Source of the DNA: Bacteroides sp.
Lineage (GTDB): Bacteria > Bacteroidota > Bacteroidia > Bacteroidales > Bacteroidaceae
Direction: 5' to 3'
Length of the DNA stretch: 64,000 nucleotides
NCBI RefSeq assembly: GCF_030151085.1
Contig: NZ_JASLER010000069.1
Coordinates: 4,830-68,829, forward strand
Part shown: positions 20,661 through 29,905 of the stretch, piece after piece
Layout: each line of letters starts with the position of its first letter
Numbering within the stretch: the stretch's first letter is position 1
Position numbers and translations under genes: made by a program
Notes under the pieces: generated by a model
What the model was told of the DNA's origin: nothing
What the model saw: the letters and a program-made list of their open reading frames with translations, nothing else
Database searches by the model: none

Positions 20661-23624
20661 TTAAAATTTAACAATAGCACCAACTGTATACGAACGGACT
20701 GTCGGATATAACTCTCTACGCTCCACTCCCGGATCGAGTCCCTTTATACTAGCTTCGGGGTCCAAACCTTTATATCCGGTAATGGTCAGTAAATTGTGTC
20801 CGGTTACATACAAACGTGCACTCTTCAGATACTTATTATCCAATTGAAGCGTATAGCCCAATGTCAGATTATCCAGTTTCACATAATCTCCCTTTTCTAC
20901 ATAATAACTATTGTACATGTGCGAATCCCAAACATAGGACTTCCCACCGAAAGGTTTATTCAAAACAGATGCCGGCAAGTTCGCTTCGCTGATGCGTTTC
21001 ATAGTTTCCCAATGCATTCTGTACTCATTCAATACTTCAAAGCCGAATGCTCCTCTCAAAGAAATTCCCAAGTCCAAATTCTTATATCGCAGTGTTGTGT
21101 TTAAGCCTGCATACATGCTTGGCAAACCATTTCCTATTACTTGCTTGTCTTCCTGCCCGGCTTCACTTGCCAACTTAGGTTTGCCATCGGCACCTTCCAC
21201 CAACCATAATCCATCGTCTGTCAGCCCTACAGCTTTCCAACCATAGAAGTTTCCTATCGGTTCACCTTCCTTTACAATGTGTGTTGTCTGCTGAATCCCC
21301 GAGCTTGTCCATCCTGTATACCAATAGTCTCTCTTATACTTGTCATTGGAGAGAGACAAAAGTTTATTGGCATTGTAAGAGAAGTTACCACCCAGGCTCC
21401 AACTAAAATCTTTCGTTCTTATTATCTCGCCATCCAAAGCTATTTCAATACCTCTGTTTCTTATTTTACCCACATTCGCCCACATTGTACTGATAAAGTT
21501 AGGCGGTACAGGAACTTGATACTCAGACAACAAATCAGTAGTAGTACGCTGATACAAATCAATTGTACCATTCAAACGTCTGCCCAACAAAGAGAAATCA
21601 ATACCTAAGTTCCATTCCGATTTAGTCTCCCACTTCAAGTCAGGATTAGGATTGGAAGCCGGCACAACACCCTGTCCCCATCGTCCGTTCATCATACCTA
21701 CGCCGGAGTAACTAAGTAGTACCAAAGATTGATAGGAGTTTGTCAGTTCTGTACCAGTTACACCAAAACCTACTCTTAGCTTCAAATCATCAACAAACTT
21801 AATATCTTTCATGAAGCTTTCTTCACTGATTCTCCAACCGGCAGAGACAGCCGGAAACCATCCCCACTTATGATTCTTTCCAAACTTGGAAGAACCTTCA
21901 CGTCTGAGACTTCCCATCAACATGTACTTGTTGTCATAGTTGTAAGTAAGACGTCCAAATAAAGAGATCAGCTTATTACCGTTTTTATAACTACTCATGG
22001 TCGATTTGCCGTCCTTCGTTGACTGTGCCGTACCAATGTTCCACGGTCCGAATGCATCTGTAGGAAAGTCCATGGCATACATCTGACTGCCTTGTCTTTC
22101 AAAATCCTGATAGCTATAGCCAACCAAAGCTGAGAATTCATGACTTCCGATTGCTTTAAAATAGTCGGCTGTCAACTCCAAAGTTCTATCCATACTTCCG
22201 GATGCCCACTTAGTAACTTCGGCATTCTTATTTTCAATGGTCGTAGTGAAATAATTAAAAGTATTCCATTTATCTCTCATCGAATCATAGCGTTGCATAG
22301 CAACCATTGCGCTCAAGTTTAATCCTGCAATCGGTGAGAAAATCACCTTACCACTTGCCAGAAGTTGATTCCACTTTTCCTGATCTGTTTCCTCATTCAA
22401 AAGAGATACAGGATTATAGGGCTTATAAGAAGTGCCATATTCTTTGTAAGAACCATCTTCATTATAAACAGGGCGTGTAGGATTCATTAAACAAGCCTGT
22501 AGATAAGCATTGTACCAGGTGACATTCTGTGTGATTGTAGAATTGTTGATATTCAACTGTACCTTCAACTTATCATCCATCATAGAATGGTTGATGCCGA
22601 TCTTAAAGGTGAGTGCTTCTTTTCCGGTATTCAACATTATACCATCTTGTTTACGGTAAGTCATTGATGCAATGTAATTTGTTTTTTCCGTACCACCACG
22701 CAAAGACACATTGTGAGTATGATTCACCGGATTACGTGTAATAGCGTCAATCCAGTCCACATTACTACCTTCATCACTAATCTTATCTTTAAACAAAGGG
22801 TCTTGTGCCAATTTCTTATAATCAGATGCTGTCAAGACGTCTGTTTGTTTCTGTATTGATTCAAAAGCTACATATCCGTGATATTCCAAAGTAGCCTTAC
22901 CTTGTTTTGCCTTTTTAGTGGTAATAATAATAACTCCATTCGTACCTCTTGTACCATAAATAGCTGCTGCAGAACCATCTTTCAACACATCAATCGTTTC
23001 TACATCTTCAGGAGCAATCGAGTTCAGACTACCCCCGGGAATTCCATCAATCACAATGAGTGGGGCAGATGAAGCAGAGATTGTAGACACACCACGAATA
23101 TTAATTTCCGTTCCAGTCGTAGGGTCACCCGAAGGGCTGGACATCTGCAAACCTGCAACCTTGCCTTGTAGCAATTGAGTCGCATCTTTCACTACACCTT
23201 GAATAAAGTCTTCGGATTTCACGTTAGTAATAGCACTTGTTATCTCTCCTTTCTTCATAGAACCATATCCGATGACTACAACATCATTCAGCATATTAGA
23301 ACTTTCGGCCAGTTTAACGTTTATGACCGTTCTGTCGCCAACCACTACCTCAACAGACTCATAACCAATATAAGAAATTACCAACACATCCTTAGGTGAA
23401 GAAACCGTGATAGAGAATTTTCCTTCAATATCCGAAATTACTCCTAATGTTTGTCCTTTCACTAGAATATTAGCTCCAATAATAGGCAATCCCTCCGTAT
23501 CTGTTACCAGACCATTCACAGTACTCTTGCCATTCGCCGCATTCACACATACAGATATTCCTATACATATCAATAGAAAGAAATATCTAAGCCATTTTGT
23601 ATTCTCCAATTTCATACTTAGCAT
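20661..23624 (-). CDS. susC: SusC/RagA family TonB-dependent transporter
   Basis: 987 aa; DVVVIGYG, VLKDGSAAAIYGTRGTNGVIIITTKK, NPDLKWET, C-terminal F. Confidence 0.96.
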   Translation of the reverse strand: MLSMKLENTKWLRYFFLLICIGISVCVNAANGKSTVNGLVTDTEGLPIIGANILVKGQTLGVISDIEGKFSITVSSPKDVLVISYIGYESVEVVVGDRTVINVKLAESSNMLNDVVVIGYGSMKKGEITSAITNVKSEDFIQGVVKDATQLLQGKVAGLQMSSPSGDPTTGTEINIRGVSTISASSAPLIVIDGIPGGSLNSIAPEDVETIDVLKDGSAAAIYGTRGTNGVIIITTKKAKQGKATLEYHGYVAFESIQKQTDVLTASDYKKLAQDPLFKDKISDEGSNVDWIDAITRNPVNHTHNVSLRGGTEKTNYIASMTYRKQDGIMLNTGKEALTFKIGINHSMMDDKLKVQLNINNSTITQNVTWYNAYLQACLMNPTRPVYNEDGSYKEYGTSYKPYNPVSLLNEETDQEKWNQLLASGKVIFSPIAGLNLSAMVAMQRYDSMRDKWNTFNYFTTTIENKNAEVTKWASGSMDRTLELTADYFKAIGSHEFSALVGYSYQDFERQGSQMYAMDFPTDAFGPWNIGTAQSTKDGKSTMSSYKNGNKLISLFGRLTYNYDNKYMLMGSLRREGSSKFGKNHKWGWFPAVSAGWRISEESFMKDIKFVDDLKLRVGFGVTGTELTNSYQSLVLLSYSGVGMMNGRWGQGVVPASNPNPDLKWETKSEWNLGIDFSLLGRRLNGTIDLYQRTTTDLLSEYQVPVPPNFISTMWANVGKIRNRGIEIALDGEIIRTKDFSWSLGGNFSYNANKLLSLSNDKYKRDYWYTGWTSSGIQQTTHIVKEGEPIGNFYGWKAVGLTDDGLWLVEGADGKPKLASEAGQEDKQVIGNGLPSMYAGLNTTLRYKNLDLGISLRGAFGFEVLNEYRMHWETMKRISEANLPASVLNKPFGGKSYVWDSHMYNSYYVEKGDYVKLDNLTLGYTLQLDNKYLKSARLYVTGHNLLTITGYKGLDPEASIKGLDPGVERRELYPTVRSYTVGAIVKF

Positions 23625-23679
23625 TTTGATTAAAGTTAAAAAGTCAATTTATTATCATATAACAGCTGTTTATAATCTA

Positions 23680-24615
23680 CTATTTAGTGTCCAAGAAATC
23701 AAGAACTTCCACCTCAAGAGGTATGGACGATTGCGCACCAACCTTGGTAACGGATAATGCTGCCGCCGCTGTAGCGAAACGTATAGCCTCCATCAATTGT
23801 CCATCTTCTATCCATCGGGCAACAAAAGCCCCACAGAACGTATCGCCTGCTCCTGTTGTGTCCACAGCTTTCACTGCATAAGAAGGTATTTGTTCTTCGG
23901 TATCTCCTGATAGGACAACCGATCCTTTTTTTCCTAGTGTCAGAATTACGATCTGTCCTTCCCTCTTGCATAAAGTTCGGGCAATAGATATTGGTTCGGA
24001 AGTAATCAATGATTGTCCTGTTATAAGCGAAGCCTCCGTTTCATTCAGGATGAGGACGTCTACTTTATCCAACACCTCAGTAGAGATTTCTCTAGCAGGA
24101 GCAGGATTCAAGATAACCTTAGTTCCCACACTTTGAGCATAATCAATCAGTGTAATCACTGATTGATAAGGTATTTCCAACTGTAAAACCAATGCATCGG
24201 CTTCCTTTATTACAGGAAGTATTGCATCTATTTTATCCGCCTGCAGCAGATTATTAGCACCGGGTGCTACTGCAATACAGTTCTCACCATTTTCTGCAAC
24301 AAAGATAAAAGCAACTCCTGTTGGCTGTCCGGGGCATTGCTGAATATAATCTACATGCATGCCACTACTTGCAAAGGAGGAAACAAGTGCATCGCTATAA
24401 GCATCATCTCCAAGGCAAGAAACAAATGTTACATTTCCCCCCGAACGAGTGGCAGCAAGTGCTTGATTAGCCCCTTTACCTCCAAAAGAGGTAGTATATC
24501 CCGCTTCTCCAATCGTTTCACCCGGTTGAGGCAAATGGGCTACACGAGCTATCAAATCAACATTTGTACTACCAACTACTACTATTTTCTTTTTTCTGTT
24601 CATACTACTATCCAT
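23680..24615 (-). CDS. rbsK: Ribokinase (PfkB family)
   Basis: VVVGSTNVDL, PQPGET, GGKGANQA, GENCIAVAPGAN, LQLEIP, LNPAPA, DTTGAGDTF. Confidence 0.92.
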   Translation of the reverse strand: MDSSMNRKKKIVVVGSTNVDLIARVAHLPQPGETIGEAGYTTSFGGKGANQALAATRSGGNVTFVSCLGDDAYSDALVSSFASSGMHVDYIQQCPGQPTGVAFIFVAENGENCIAVAPGANNLLQADKIDAILPVIKEADALVLQLEIPYQSVITLIDYAQSVGTKVILNPAPAREISTEVLDKVDVLILNETEASLITGQSLITSEPISIARTLCKREGQIVILTLGKKGSVVLSGDTEEQIPSYAVKAVDTTGAGDTFCGAFVARWIEDGQLMEAIRFATAAAALSVTKVGAQSSIPLEVEVLDFLDTK

Positions 24616-24630
24616 TTAAGTTTCTTATTC

Positions 24631-25635
24631 TCAAAGTCCTGCATAGATAATCAAACCAATTCCTGACAAAAACAAGATAAACATACATGTCAGTAAAATC
24701 TTATTTATCTTAGGACCACCTACAAACTCTTTCCAAATGAACACTCCCCAAAAAGCAGCTACCATCGTGGCACCCTGTCCCAATCCGTAAGAAATGGCAG
24801 CACCGGCCTTCTCCGCAGCCAATAAGCTAAAAAGATTGCCTATCCCCCATATAGCTCCACCCAGCAAGCCCACAGCATGCAAACGGAAGCTACCTGCAAA
24901 ATAGTCTTTATAAGACGTAGGAGCTCCCACAAAAGGACGTTTCATGGCAATAGAATTAAAAATGAAGTTACTTATAAAGATACCTATTGAAAATACGACC
25001 ATTGCCGTGTATGGTGTCATCTTTCCTGCTTCAGGATATTCAAAGTTTTGCAAATCCATAGAGCCCGCGACAAAGCGGAAGAAGAAAGACATCAAAATTC
25101 CTGCGATAATAGCTATTGCAATCCCTTTAGCTTGTTGTTGTTTCTCACCTTTGCCTATGTTTTTATATGCCCAGGCATTAAAAACAATTGCAATGATAAC
25201 CAATAGAACACCCATAAACAGATAAACCGGATTGCCTTGCGGAGTGGTGAAGTAGTTGATGAATACCCCCAGTACCAAAGCCAACCCCACTCCTAATGGA
25301 AAAGCAACAGACATGCCCGCAATAGAAACTGATGCTGAAAGAAGAATATTAGAAAGATTAAATATCACTCCTCCAACAAAGGCCGAAGCCAAATTAGAGG
25401 AATCAGCCTGCCATAAATCAGCAACAAAGCTTCGACCCAGTTCGCCGTTACTCCCCATAGTAAATGCAGCAATAAGGGCTAAAAGCAAAACGCCAATTAC
25501 ATAATCCCAATAATATAACTCATACCGCCATACACGGCTACCGGCTAATTTCTGAGTGTTTCCCCAGGAGCCCCAACAAAGCATTGTAATGAAACAGAAC
25601 AATACTGCCAATGAATAACTATCAATGATAAACAT
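24631..25635 (-). CDS. GRP/ureide-permease-like DMT-superfamily sugar transporter (probable ribose permease)
   Basis: About 10 hydrophobic helices; MLCWGSWGNTQK, RYELYYWDY, AISYGLGQGATMVAAFWGVFIWKEF; adjacent to ribokinase. Confidence 0.8.
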   Translation of the reverse strand: MFIIDSYSLAVLFCFITMLCWGSWGNTQKLAGSRVWRYELYYWDYVIGVLLLALIAAFTMGSNGELGRSFVADLWQADSSNLASAFVGGVIFNLSNILLSASVSIAGMSVAFPLGVGLALVLGVFINYFTTPQGNPVYLFMGVLLVIIAIVFNAWAYKNIGKGEKQQQAKGIAIAIIAGILMSFFFRFVAGSMDLQNFEYPEAGKMTPYTAMVVFSIGIFISNFIFNSIAMKRPFVGAPTSYKDYFAGSFRLHAVGLLGGAIWGIGNLFSLLAAEKAGAAISYGLGQGATMVAAFWGVFIWKEFVGGPKINKILLTCMFILFLSGIGLIIYAGL

Positions 25636-25685
25636 AGTGTGATAGATTTAAAATGTTTCTAATTAAAGGTTCTAATTGTCATTGG

Positions 25686-25753
25686 CAAAAGTAGCGGATA
25701 GTCCATTTTAGGGCTAAAACAAACATCCCAATAAATGAAAGAAACGTCCCTAT
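25686..25753 (-). promoter_or_regulatory. Promoter of the PUL-B operon with HTCS-type direct-repeat operator
   Basis: TACTTTTG on minus strand (25686-25693); CATCCCAAT at 25724 and CGTCCCTAT at 25745 (21-bp period). Confidence 0.75.
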
Positions 25754-25769
25754 CCTGCAAAAATCGTCT

Positions 25770-28700
25770 CTACTGAGGAAAATCCTTCGGAAGTACCCCA
25801 AATTGTTTCTGAAAGCACTTTGAGAAATAAGATGGAGAGTTAAAACCAACCGTATAGCAAATCTCATTAATACGGTATTCCCCCTCTTTCAGCAATTGTG
25901 CGGCACGTTTCAAACGCTCCAGTCTTAAATACTCATTAGGTGATAAATCGAGTACTCCTTTTATCTTTCGATAAAAATTAGAACGGCTGATATTAAAACA
26001 GTCTGCCATATCTTCCATACTGAAATCAGGATTACTAATATTGGCATGAATTATCTCATTCAGCTTCTGAATAAACTCTTCATCGGCTTTTGTCAGAGCC
26101 ATAGAACTTGCAGCAATAAACGGGGATTTTGCAAATGCTTGTCTCAGTTTCTCACGGTTATTTATCAAGTTAGCCACACAAGCATTAAGATATTCCACCG
26201 AGAACGGTTTTTCGATATAAGCATCAGCACCAAGTTCCAATCCTTCTATTTTGGACTGAATATCAGTTTTTGCAGTCAGCAGAACTACTGGTATATGACT
26301 ATAATTCAGTTCCGACTTAATAGATTTACATAGTTCAAAACCGTCCATGACAGGCATCATTACATCGCTAATAATAACATTCACATCTTTTTCATCCAAT
26401 ATCTTTAGTGCTTCAGCCCCATTGGCAGCCTTCAATACAGAATAACTGGCCGACAACTGGCGTGAAACAAAAGCAAGCATTTCACTATTATCTTCTACCA
26501 CCAATACCACTGGTTTTCCTTTTTTATCTACCTCCTTATTTTCAGGTGTATCATCCGCTAGGTCTTCTTTTATCAGCAACGTTTTCTCCGGAGCAAATGT
26601 GATAGTACCTTCCTGTACCATAGGCATTGTCAGACAGAAACGGTTGACTTCCTCCCCTTTATTCATGACCAGGCTTCCTTGATGTAATTCTGCCAAAGAA
26701 CGAGATAAAGCCAATCCTATTCCAGTACCAGTCGTCAATTTTTCATCTTTATCTTTATTATAACGAACAAATGGTCTGAATATCTCTTCCTTCATTGCAT
26801 CAGGAATAGTGGAACCATCATTCTCTGTATGGATATAAAACTCTTTATCAGGTATAGCCTGATTTACACTCAAGGATATATGTACATAAGTTTCCGCATA
26901 TTTCATCCCATTGCTTAGAAGGTTACTGATGATTTTAGTAAAGGCTTCTCTATTTATTGATGCATACAGTTCTTCTTCGGGCACTCTCAAAGTAAACTCC
27001 AAATCTTTTTGCTTAGCAAGGGAAGTAAATCGTAGATAGGTCTCTTTCAACACTTCCGTAATATTACATCGGGCAAAGTTCAAGCAAAATCCCTGACTTT
27101 CTGTTTTACGGAAGTCCAATAACTGATTAGTAAGGTTCAATAATCTCTCTGTATTTTGCTTCATAATATTCAAGTCCTCACGCACATCCATATCAACATG
27201 TTTATTCAGAATGATATTCTCCAATGGACCTTTAATCAAAGTTAGAGGAGTACGTACTTCATGGGCCACATTGGTGAAAAAGTCAAATTTGGCATTATAT
27301 ATTTCACGTTCTTTCTCTTGTTCGAACTTCTCCATCTGCCTTTGCTGCTTTTTGACATTCCGGCTCTTCAGATAAAGGTAGAGATAGACAATTATTCCAA
27401 TTGATAATAGAATGTAAATAATATAAGCCCAAACCGAAAGGTAGAAAGGAGGCAAAATACGTATTTTCAATATCGTCTCGCGTTCGTTCCAAATACCATC
27501 ACTGTTGGAAGCTTTCACCCGAAAGACATAATCCCCATAATGTAGATTAGAATATGTTACCAATGGGCTTTCACCCACCAACAGCCATTCTTCATCAAAG
27601 CCCTCCAACTTATACATCAATTTATTCATCTTCGGAGCTTGATATCCCAAAGCAGCCAAGCGAAATGAGAAAGAATTCTGATTGGCATGCAATAGCAATT
27701 TCTCTGAAAATATAATATTCTTTGCCAAAGGAGAATTTTCATCACCCACATGCATCTCTTTATTAAATAGAAGGAAGTCAGTAATTACAGCAGAAGGAAC
27801 ATATTTGTTTTCTGAGAAAGTATGGGGATTGAAAGCCACAAAGCCATCAATACTTCCGAAATAGATTGTACCATCCTTACCTTTAAAACTTGAACGATAA
27901 TTAAACTGATCGCTCAATAATCCGTTAGCCGTAGTATATACTTTCGTAGCTCCACTTGCAGGATCAAAGCGCACCAAACCACTATTTGTAGTAAGCCAAA
28001 ATAGTCCATCATCATCTTCTACAATCTGATATACAACATCATTAGGCAAGCCTTTACTCGTATCATAACGCGTGAAGTTTTCCGTTTCAGGGTGAAACAA
28101 ACAAAAACCTCCTCCTTGCGTAGTCAACCATATATTACGGTGTGAATCTTCAAAAACACTTAAAACCTTATTATAAGAGAGACTCTTCTCATCCTTATCA
28201 TCATGAAGATAATTTTTCCACTTCTTCGTACTCACATCATATCGGAAAACACCACTTACGTACGTAGCCAACCATATATTACCTCCAGTATCTTCTTTTA
28301 TGTCGTATATAAAAGTTCCGCACAGTTCCGGCAATTGCTCAAAAGTATCTGTACTCTTATTATATCGCATCAAACCATAACCAGTTCCGATATAGATTTC
28401 TCCGGCCTTCGTTTCACAAATAGCAAAAACATTATTGTCATTTAAAGAACGGGGAGTATTACCATATTCATACGACCTCACAATACTTCCGGTACGTGTG
28501 TCGATTACTTTTAATCCCTTAGAGAATGTACCCACCCAAAGTTCATCGCCTATCAAACACAAGCCATGCACATTAGTAAAGCCAAGACTTGGATTAAAAA
28601 ACTTAAACTGCTTGGCCAACGGATCAAAACAATTCAGTCCGCCATCCTCCGTACCAATCCATAGATTTCCTCTGTTGTCCCGACAGAACTCGCGCACACG

Positions 28701-29801
28701 TTTCCCATGTAGGCTACTTTCAGTCCCTTTAGAATAGTATTTTTCGAAACAAGTATATGAACGACGATAATAGTTTATACCACCAAAATAAGAACCTATC
28801 CAAACACCACCCTCACGATCTTTATACAATGAATAGATCGCATTATCCGACAAAGAATAGGGGTCATATGCAGAGCTACTTAAATGGACATATTTATCTG
28901 TTCGAAGATTGTAAATGTATACACCTGATTCGCATCCAATCCAAAGTTCATTATCAGAAAAAGCCAACAAATCACGGCACCATATCTTTTCGCCTCTTTC
29001 ATCGAACACTAACAAATCACGTACTCTCCCCGAAGTCAAGTCTATTGCTTTAACTCCCCCGGCAATCGAACTTACAAACAAAGAATTATAAGCCCCTAAC
29101 AGCGTCTTTGTAATCACATCGTTTTCAAAAGCCTTCTGTCCATCCGATGAAATATAAGGATGAAGGGTTTGAAAGTTATCCTTCGAATAAAACAAACCAC
29201 TTCCGTTGCATCCTATCCAAATGGCTCCACTATTATCATAAGTCAGAGTGTTTACATTCGATTTTATAAAGGGGAATTCTTTAAGTGTATAGTTCTTCAA
29301 TTGCTTTGTCAGCAGGTTATAGCAAAATATTCCCTGGCGTTCCACGGCAATCCAAATATGCCCTTTGTTATCTCCTTTGACCATAGAGACTGTATGCTCT
29401 ATTTTCGTATTTTCAGAACTTAGTTGTTTAAAGGGTTCAAACACTTCAGTTTCCGGATAATAAATATACAGGCCTACATCTGTTCCAATCCATATATTTC
29501 CATCCACATCTTCATAAAGAGAGATAATATAATTATCACTAATACTCCGTGCGTCTTTTCTATCGTACTTAAACTTCTTGAAGAATAAACCATCATAGCG
29601 ATTCAGACCATCTTTCGTTCCAAACCACATGAACCCTTTATTATCCTGCAAAATAGTATGTATCGTATTTTGAGATAATCCGTCTCGGATATTGAGACTT
29701 TCAAAATAGTAGTGTTCTCCTACTGTTTGTGCATAACCAGTAATGCAACAAATCAGGCTAGCAATAACAATTATTGCTCTCTTCAGACCAATGTTTTTCA
29801 T
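25770..29801 (-). CDS. Hybrid two-component sensor kinase/response regulator (HTCS), paralogue of 13402..17430
   Basis: Same architecture as HTCS-1; start placed at ATG 29801 (MKNIGLK) because the track start at 29825 lies inside the -7 promoter box. Confidence 0.95.
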   Translation of the reverse strand: MKNIGLKRAIIVIASLICCITGYAQTVGEHYYFESLNIRDGLSQNTIHTILQDNKGFMWFGTKDGLNRYDGLFFKKFKYDRKDARSISDNYIISLYEDVDGNIWIGTDVGLYIYYPETEVFEPFKQLSSENTKIEHTVSMVKGDNKGHIWIAVERQGIFCYNLLTKQLKNYTLKEFPFIKSNVNTLTYDNSGAIWIGCNGSGLFYSKDNFQTLHPYISSDGQKAFENDVITKTLLGAYNSLFVSSIAGGVKAIDLTSGRVRDLLVFDERGEKIWCRDLLAFSDNELWIGCESGVYIYNLRTDKYVHLSSSAYDPYSLSDNAIYSLYKDREGGVWIGSYFGGINYYRRSYTCFEKYYSKGTESSLHGKRVREFCRDNRGNLWIGTEDGGLNCFDPLAKQFKFFNPSLGFTNVHGLCLIGDELWVGTFSKGLKVIDTRTGSIVRSYEYGNTPRSLNDNNVFAICETKAGEIYIGTGYGLMRYNKSTDTFEQLPELCGTFIYDIKEDTGGNIWLATYVSGVFRYDVSTKKWKNYLHDDKDEKSLSYNKVLSVFEDSHRNIWLTTQGGGFCLFHPETENFTRYDTSKGLPNDVVYQIVEDDDGLFWLTTNSGLVRFDPASGATKVYTTANGLLSDQFNYRSSFKGKDGTIYFGSIDGFVAFNPHTFSENKYVPSAVITDFLLFNKEMHVGDENSPLAKNIIFSEKLLLHANQNSFSFRLAALGYQAPKMNKLMYKLEGFDEEWLLVGESPLVTYSNLHYGDYVFRVKASNSDGIWNERETILKIRILPPFYLSVWAYIIYILLSIGIIVYLYLYLKSRNVKKQQRQMEKFEQEKEREIYNAKFDFFTNVAHEVRTPLTLIKGPLENIILNKHVDMDVREDLNIMKQNTERLLNLTNQLLDFRKTESQGFCLNFARCNITEVLKETYLRFTSLAKQKDLEFTLRVPEEELYASINREAFTKIISNLLSNGMKYAETYVHISLSVNQAIPDKEFYIHTENDGSTIPDAMKEEIFRPFVRYNKDKDEKLTTGTGIGLALSRSLAELHQGSLVMNKGEEVNRFCLTMPMVQEGTITFAPEKTLLIKEDLADDTPENKEVDKKGKPVVLVVEDNSEMLAFVSRQLSASYSVLKAANGAEALKILDEKDVNVIISDVMMPVMDGFELCKSIKSELNYSHIPVVLLTAKTDIQSKIEGLELGADAYIEKPFSVEYLNACVANLINNREKLRQAFAKSPFIAASSMALTKADEEFIQKLNEIIHANISNPDFSMEDMADCFNISRSNFYRKIKGVLDLSPNEYLRLERLKRAAQLLKEGEYRINEICYTVGFNSPSYFSKCFQKQFGVLPKDFPQ

Positions 29802-29822
29802 ATATTCTATGTGTTTAGACCC

Positions 29823-29869
29823 CAAATATAAGCCAAATCATATAAGAACAATATAAAAAACGTCCCAAT
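29823..29869 (-). promoter_or_regulatory. Promoter of HTCS-2 with a single CGTCCCAAT operator copy
   Basis: TATATTTG on minus strand (29823-29830); CGTCCCAAT at 29861-29869, 38 bp offset. Confidence 0.65.
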
Positions 29870-29905
29870 GAATAAAAGTATTATCTCCCCAAAAAGTAAT
29901 TGGAC

